Shown piece by piece: positions 56,588 to 64,000 of a DNA stretch of 64,000 bases. Within the stretch, counting starts at the first letter, position 1. Every line of letters starts with the position of its first letter. Under the pieces are notes generated by a model, which saw nothing but the letters and a program-made list of their open reading frames with translations, had not been told where the DNA came from and made no database searches. Origin of the DNA: Phoronis australis. Its lineage: Eukaryota; Animalia; Phoronida. Position numbers and translations under genes: made by a program. Location of the stretch: positions 419,505-483,504 of the forward strand of contig NMRA01000285.1 of the NCBI GenBank assembly GCA_002633005.1, in the 5' to 3' direction.

Positions 56588-58295
56588 GGGGCACTTTTGT
56601 TGGATGATGTGTTTGGACATGGCTAGGAAGGAATGTTATTTGTCAGAGGTTAAAAAGCAAGGTGGGATGTTGGATATGGACTGAACCACTCATGAAGTTG
56701 ATGTTGGATTATGGTAGTTTCTGATGTGTTGCTGATTTTTGATCTCACTAGCAATTTTCTCATCAGCTTTGATAGGTTGTCAAAGCTAATTTTTATGTAG
56801 TTTATGAGTTTTAAAATCACCTAACACTGATTCCCAGATCAGGTCAGAACTGGAAAGTCCAAACCAAACTAAATCAAAATTGTCTCAGTCCCCAAAGCAA
56901 TCAGTTAATTCCCTTGATCCATATTGAAATCGTGTGCAATTAGGAATGTGAATTCTCCAAATTGGGTAATAAAAATTGACCACCTACGAGGCTTTATTCA
57001 AGTGAAAACTGTGTGAAAGACAATTACATTTTTTAGTGAGAGACATTTTGAAAAACTATGGGTGACGTGGTCCACAACTTAATTAGGGTGGTCGAAATGT
57101 TAGCATAGTTGTGAGACTCAAGTCTTGTCAAGTTGATGGGGGGTACCGCTGTGACAAGTATGTACCACTGACTGATGAAATGTGTGTGTAATCTAAGAAG
57201 TGTTTTGTTGAGGTGTGAATGTGCCACAGGGGCTTCGTTATCAAAGTCTTTTACCTTTTGCAAAATACTGAAAACTACAATATTTTTCACTGCGAAATTC
57301 CTGTTTTATATGTGCACTGTACTCTAATCCATTTTGCTCGATGTGAATCTAATCGTCAGTAAGTACTGTAAACAAAACCATAGAGTATGGTAAAATTTGG
57401 GCTGCATTCCATGAAGCAAATTTCTTGCGAATTTGGCAAAATCAGCCCGGCGAAAAGTGAGTGTTTCACAGCTACACTGTACCTCCCTGACAGTGAAGAG
57501 TAACAAAATGACTGCTACTAAAGCAATTGGACAGCAAGCTTGCAATGCTGGATTATGGGAGAAAAGTCTATCCTGTAAGCCATGATTTCTTAACACCAGT
57601 ATCTAATGTTATTGATTGCACACCTGTAGGTAGTTCATATACAATTATAACACCTTCCTTGGGTTTTAAAGAAACTTAAATTAGTGTTGGCCATTGATAT
57701 AGACAGTAAAGATGGATTTTATAGTGTAATCAAGAAAAGCCTTAACTTTGTTGCTCAATTGTCAAGTCTTTCGCTAGTCACTTTCAGTGAAATTATGCCT
57801 GAAAATATTTTCTAAATGACTGTGCTTTCTAGTTCACTGTTGTCTTGCAGAATAAAGAGGGACAGAAATTACTCAACTCCACTTACTGACCTTTTTTCTC
57901 ACAACAATGTTAATTTTGGTATTACAAATCTTTTTACCCAGTGCTGAGTAAGGTGCATGATTATACCAATTAGGAAATCTTTTTCTTCTAAAATGCATGT
58001 GTTCTGAAATCTCATTTGTCTAACCCCTAAACCTAATGTGTGGGGTGTGTGTAATAATCAAGTCAAAAGGTACAATCCTGCAGTATAGAGGCTGGAGGAC
58101 AGTTATCCATCGTTGATTCTTTGAAGCAGACGTTTATTTTTTACTCATTACCAAACAACAGGGCATTTGAACATTAGTTATGTGGCATTACCATCTTTCC
58201 ATTATTAATACTATCAGTGAAACCAGATGTAGAGGTTGTTCCATTTTTTAATAACAAGGCTTGACCTAATGTTTCAAAAACAAAGCGCCCTAGAT

Positions 58296-58380
58296 GCGTG
58301 CCCAATCGGAATACCATAAGGGCGTGCCCAATCGGCATACCTTAAGGGCGTGCCCAATCGGCATACCTTAAGGGTGTGTC
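58296..58380 (+). repeat. 3 x 26 bp tandem repeat (GCGTGCCCAATCGGCATACCTTAAGG)
   Basis: Direct inspection. Confidence 0.85.
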
Positions 58381-59038
58381 CACACCTTCAAGTCCCTTGT
58401 ATTCTCAAAGGCCCAAAGCACTCGGTATCATCTGTTTATTATGGTACTTGCTCCCAAGCCCGAATTCGCAACAACTCGCGACCACCGGGGTAAGGAGACC
58501 AAACTCAGAAGTTTGTGTTTGGATATGGCAAGTCATTGAGAACATGAGAGTGCTTTGTGCTTTATTGTTATATTGGTCAATACTCGTGAGGAGATGAAGT
58601 GCAATAAAATTGAGATCAAAAGTACTAATTTGTTCGGATTGAACTTTGTCAAAGGGCGTGTAATGTTCTAGTTGTGTGAGAATGTCTTCGTAGGTTGCTT
58701 GAAATTAATTTGGAAATTTGGTACCATGGTAACAAAAATTGGAGATGACAAGAGCAGCCTTCATTTGCATACGGCAATGACGCTAAGACCATATCCCATA
58801 CATCATTTTAAATCAAGTTAATTTGCGTGGTAACCTTCAAATTGCAACTCTCCCTGCACACCTTTGAAGCACTAATTGTAGCGATACAATCGAAACTCAA
58901 TTGGGTGCAATGGGGGTCTGTAGTAGTCTCCGAGGATCTAGTCTGAGGGGATGGATGATTTTCCATAGCATCACCGACGAATGGTGGAGTGGGGAAACCG
59001 TAGTCAAGGCAAACGGAGGTATTAGATGCAAATGATTG

Positions 59039-59720
59039 TGTCACGCTTTTCCCTTGTGTGTGTGGGTGCAGGTTGTTACAGACCGGTGCTAATAGCTTTC
59101 GGTGCGACGATAGACTAAAGATTGGTTCGAGTTAATCACTTTATTAATCTTGGCCGTACGTTCACAAGCCTATCCAAGCAAAAGGTACGACGTAATGTTT
59201 GTTTATGCTCCACAGCCAGTGCTGCGAAGCCTTCACTTGTGATGAACTTCGGAGACTTCTTCAGCAACTGGTTCACTCGCTGATTCCCTGACCTGCTGTC
59301 TCTACATAGCCAGTTCTCTATTGACTATCGCTCTAACTGCTGATTCTCTTCAGTGTAACTCAACTGTAACTCTCTTGTAACTAATTTTAACTGACTTTCA
59401 ACTAACTGTTCACAAACCTGTGCTTGGGTCTTTATAGACCCATGCAATGTTTTATAACTTTTGAACACATTCTAGAACTTTCCGGAATCTATCTATCCAA
59501 TCATTGTACAAACATATACTACGCTCTAGAATGTTGCAGATCACCTTAATCACTGAAATACGAGAATCTTCTAGAATGTTCCATACTATTGTTTGGTAAA
59601 CAAATTACGTCATCACTGTTCTGACCTCGGGGGTCATGCCAATCAATAACTATCTGGTAGAAACAAAAACAATAGAACAAAATAACAAAACTAACAGTGT
59701 AAGTCCGGCTACTCCTGACA
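59039..59720 (-). mobile_element. Solo LTR with a perfect 5-bp TSD
   Basis: TGTCA...TGACA termini, GATTG on both flanks, AATAAA and TATAAA on -. Confidence 0.85.
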
Positions 59721-59789
59721 GATTGCATGGTTTGTCCTGTAATAGCTGTGGCTGTTTGAATTAGCCGTTTGAAACCGAAGTAAAGAACC

Positions 59790-60300
59790 TATGTTTTGAT
59801 GAAGAATATTTTTGAAGTTAAGCCTTACGTGCCCAGTAGGTCAATTCTTGCTCAATTTAGAACCGGAACCCTACAGCTGTTGGTTGAGGTTGGGCGTTTC
59901 CGTTCTCTGCAATTTAATGATAGAATTTGCTGTCTTTGCCACACTGGTCGGGTCGAAACTGAAGTACATTTTCTGTTTGAGTTTCCGTTTTTCTGAGATG
60001 CCAGAAATACCTTTTACTCTGAAGTTGAGATTAAACATCCACGATTTCGTGCAGAAAGCTGTGAAAGCAAATTAATTGCAACTATGCAAGAAATGTTGTC
60101 TAGAAAACTGCATTTTTCATCAAAAATATTTTTGAGGTACGGAAAATTTTTATTTATATATGGTCACTGTTATTGCTGTGTTTACTTGTTTTTTCATGTA
60201 TTTAAAGTGACTTATGAGCCCCGTGGTGGGCTGGGTGTTGTTTTAACTCATCTACGAACACATGTCACGAACACACGTCACTGTAATAAAAAATTACTTA
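59790..60300 (+). mobile_element. LINE 3' end (C-terminal zinc-knuckle region and 3' UTR)
   Basis: RSILAQFRTGTLQLLVEVGRF...RICCLCHTGRVETEVHFLF; ends TGTAATAAAAAA. Confidence 0.8.
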
Positions 60301-61466
60301 TACCAAGAAGTGTGTACTACCCTCCGTGTTTATGCTTAATTACTTCAATGTCGTGTGTCAGTAATTTCGCAAGCTACACAATACATGTTGCTATGCATTT
60401 ATCCAGGCGCTTAAAATCGTTTTGACGTCGTTATTAGTGCAAGCTGCTTTCGAAGGTGTGCGCAATGTCGCAGTTTGAGGGTGACCACAGCTTGTCAGTA
60501 CAAATCCGCAAAGCACAAATTGTCGTAGTTTGTGGTCTACGACAGTTTGTTAAACTCCGCAAAGCAAAAAATTGCCGCACTTTGAGGGGTACGATAGACT
60601 GTGCAACTCCTCAAAGCACAGGTTGTTGCAAAGGCAGTTTGTGCTTTGAAAATCAGCACAAACTCACAATTTAAGGATTGTGATAGTTTTTGTTATTTTG
60701 ACAATTTTGTGGTGGCGTAACAACCCATACACATCCAAACCGTCATCACTCACCCTGTAATTCGTACGGCCGGTGTTAGTGTTTGCCGGTGACGCACAAC
60801 CTTACTCGTTTGCTAGTCGGCGTCGTGACAAAACCGTCTAAAAATAATATACGTGACTAAGTTTTCGAGTACTTGATAGGTTCACTGGTTATCTTCGTCT
60901 CAATAAACTGCATTGACTGGATTCTAGGACTGTTGCTGTAGTTTGCCACAAGCAGTGCTGTAGTGGTAAAATTTGAGGTATAAGTAGGCGTCCAAAGCCC
61001 ACCGGTATCACCGTGAGCACTGACGATGAGTAGCTAGGCGCTACGTCCATTGCCAGAAGATCGTTGGCTGCTCGTACGTGTGCCTACGCCCCACTACAGC
61101 AATGGCCACAAGTACTCTAAAGGAGGCCTATCGAATATACGGGAAAATTTCGAAAGATCTCGCTTGTAATAAACCCATTTTTGTTCCTTAGGCTTGCAAA
61201 AGCTAATATTGCATATACAGTGGCGGATCTAGGATATCACAAGGGGGACCGACATTTTGTCTGTAAACATTTGCTCAAAGCACGATTGTAGATGCGCATA
61301 GCACCGAATGGGGGGAGGTCGCAACCCCCTTCCCGTCCAGGAAATTTTTCTGTTTTTTCCTCTAAAAATCAAGCATTTTCCTTGATTCCAGAAGTATTAT
61401 CCAAGAAAAAAAAGGCAAAAAAAAAACGAAGACAGTGTCAAACAGGAAAAACTGCAAATACCACAG

Positions 61467-61520
61467 ACTCGAACTCACGACCTGGCGAATAGAGCGCGCG
61501 TGCTTTACCACTGCACCACC
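61467..61520 (-). mobile_element. tRNA-derived SINE head inside a putative hAT-type MITE (61218-62089)
   Basis: On -: A box TGGTGCAGTGG and B box GAGTTCGAGTC; outer ends CAGTGGCGGATCTAG / CTAAACCCGCCTATG. Confidence 0.5.
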
Positions 61521-62797
61521 ACGATTTAACTACTAATTTGATACTAAGAGACCTACTTTTTATAGTCCACAGCGTTTGTACTCGAAACCTCCCTCTTTTT
61601 GTAATGCTCATTACATGTTTTATATTTTGTGCAATCAGTTCGTAACAAATTTGTTGTATTTAAAATAGTCTCCAATTGCCCAAAAGACCAAATCCGTTTT
61701 TTGTGTTGGCAATAATGACGCGATTGCTTTGGAAATCGGTTTGACAAAGAAAGAATTATGAGTTTCTGAGTGATTCACTAAGGCTTCTGTTTTTTCATCA
61801 TCACTGAGATTCCATTTTCTTTAAAAAATCATAGGTTATAGTCTATGAAAAAATGAAGTAATTTTCTTCATTGCACAGTGGAGCAGACGACGGTAACGAA
61901 GTCGTAGTGCCCAGCGCCACTGCCGGTCGCCTGGGATATCGCGGGAGAGCCTATACTTGGCCATAGTTCAGTTACGATTGCGCCGTGTTCCGAATTTGAC
62001 ACTTAATTGGATCTGAGCCCCCCCCTCCCCCAAACACTAAAACTGCACACATTTAAACCTTGTTTCACCCCCTTCTAAACCCGCCTATGATATAAGCACA
62101 TATTTATTTCAATTAATTAAGCTTCAATTTAGTTGTTAATTTCTTCCGCTCTATCGTATTCAGTTTGCTTTGCGCTCCAGAACCGTGTTTTTGTCGGAAA
62201 TTCATCGATACTCAATCGCGACCTACATGTACACTGTAGGTCGGGCCTCTTTCAGTCGTGCACGATTTGATATAATACTCGTTTTTCAATAGAATTCACC
62301 GATTGTTACGTTCGTTTACACCGGTAACTATTTTAGAACGAGAGTGGTGGATATGTCATTTGTGTCAATATTGACGGAAAGTCAAGATGTGAGCAGGCTG
62401 AGGTTACCACTGATTTTATGCAGGAATGTTTCGCGATTGTATGCCCAGCCATGCACGCTCATCACTTTTGTAAACTAAGCAGTATAATCAATTTAAGCCG
62501 CCGAAATATATTCATTGCTGACTAGAAAGTCTTGAGTACCCTACGTGTAGCCATGATTACCTTTTGGGTAACCCAAGGATCTTATGCAAATTTCACCACC
62601 CGGATAAAGGTCTTGCGTTCTTTGAATAGTTTTCTGCAGGCGAGCAACGGCTTTGGTTGTAATAGAGTATGGAACTGTGTGGCAAAAATGATTGTCCAAG
62701 CCCTGACTTTTGTCCTCATCCTGGATTTTTAATTTTTAGTCAGGAAAGATGTGGTAAAAATATGAAACGATTCAGTACACATATCCTATAAAAGGGA

Positions 62798-63064
62798 ATG
62801 TGTTGAGAAAATGAGGGTCTCTATCATGTCCTGTGTAGGCCTACTGTGAAATGTTTTGAGAAAATGAGGGTCTCTACCAAGTCCTGTGTAGGCCTACTGT
62901 GAAATGTTTTGAGAAAATGAGGGTCTCTACCAAGTCCTGTGTAGGCCTACTGTGAAATGTTTTGAGAAAATGAGGGTCTCTACCAAGTCCTGTGTAGGCC
63001 TACTGTGAAATGTGTTGAGAAACTGAGGGTCTCTACCAAGTCCTGTGTAGGCCTACTGTGAAAT
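62798..63064 (+). repeat. Minisatellite, 5 x 53 bp, containing the palindrome GTAGGCCTAC
   Basis: GAGGGTCTCTA recurs at 62813, 62866, 62919, 62972, 63025. Confidence 0.95.
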
Positions 63065-64000
63065 GCGATACCAATTTGAAATAGGTTGTGTTTCAAGCAG
63101 GGAACTACGGTAGCAGTGAACTACTGCAGCACTGAAGTACTGCAGCAGTGAACTTGGTTGAAAGACGATTGACTTAAATGGTGGCTGCAAAAGTCTAGCA
63201 TTGGTTCGGGCAGACTGATCTCCTTCAAGCACCTGAGGATAACTTAAAGACATGTAGGACCCTACAAATTTTCAGTTATGCCAACTTCGGAACATCATGT
63301 GGTAGAAATGGGTGGCCAAATTAATACGAAAGTTTTAGATAATATTTTTTATCCACTGTTCTTCAATACGCTATTTGGAATTGTTTTTAAAATGTTTCCC
63401 GTTTGAGGGGCTTTCAAAAATTTGGACCTTTATGATTTACTCGTCACTGCTCGGTCAAGTATACTTGTGGTCGACCTATTGGCGGGTTTCAAACTTCACG
63501 CTGAACGGTACGACCCGCACTTTTGACCCGGCCAGGTTTTCCCTTTTTTCTCGAAACTGCATCCGTTGTCCCCTTCCGATTATATATGTACAACTTGTTT
63601 CCTTCAAAAATATACTGCCGCGACCTCTTGATTTGTTCTTCTGTCTCGAAGTAGGCTATTTTTCCTTGTTGCGGGCTTTTACGCACCTGGATACGTCATG
63701 ATTTAGTTTGTACCTCAAGCATGTAAATTGCATGAGATCCATACTGTAGACCTACAAGGCAGCAGTGTAACCTGGGTCGCTAAGGAGCATAAACCACACG
63801 GTAGGCTCAAAACAATGCTCAACCTCCCGTTCAGTAACTCTAGGACCTCGCTAAAAAGCAACACGTCGCGAGATTACGTGAGATATTGCTGTGCATTTTA
63901 AATGAGAACACGTGACTTTGACTAGGTTTTAGCTAAAACCTAGCATACATGTAGGTCCTAGCGTCTACTGAACGCACGCCAGGTTATCGTCTAAAATGTA

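Overview
This is AT-rich, intron-rich animal DNA, most likely from a lophotrochozoan such as a mollusc (inferred from the repeat families). It is not prokaryotic, so most entries in the ORF track are spurious or are exon fragments. Three spliced genes can be rebuilt by hand with GT-AG junctions and consistent phases. (1) A copine of the CPNE5/8/9 type on +, with 17 coding exons at 1591-21873 giving 545 aa. (2) A divergent BTB-BACK-Kelch-like gene on -, CDS 37882 to 24709, about 664 aa, whose predicted 13-nt last coding exon creates a C-terminal CaaX box (CCIQ). (3) An SLC41A/MgtE-type Mg2+ transporter on +, 42952-56587, with about 60 aa probably hidden in the N gap at 44186-44562. Kelch and SLC41 lie head-to-head around 40.7 kb; copine and Kelch lie tail-to-tail around 23.5 kb. 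The introns hold Ty3/Gypsy, LINE, THAP, Kolobok, Harbinger-type MITE, Helentron-like, solo-LTR, SINE and minisatellite sequence. The most notable observations are a complete 484-bp TRIM whose LTRs carry a tRNA-like Pol III promoter with a tRNA-Ser PBS (39760-40243), the splice-dependent CaaX tail on the Kelch-like protein, minisatellites that multiply real splice sites, and a HIRAN-like ORF in a transposon remnant. Two apparent tandem duplications abut single Ns and are probably haplotype artefacts of the assembly.
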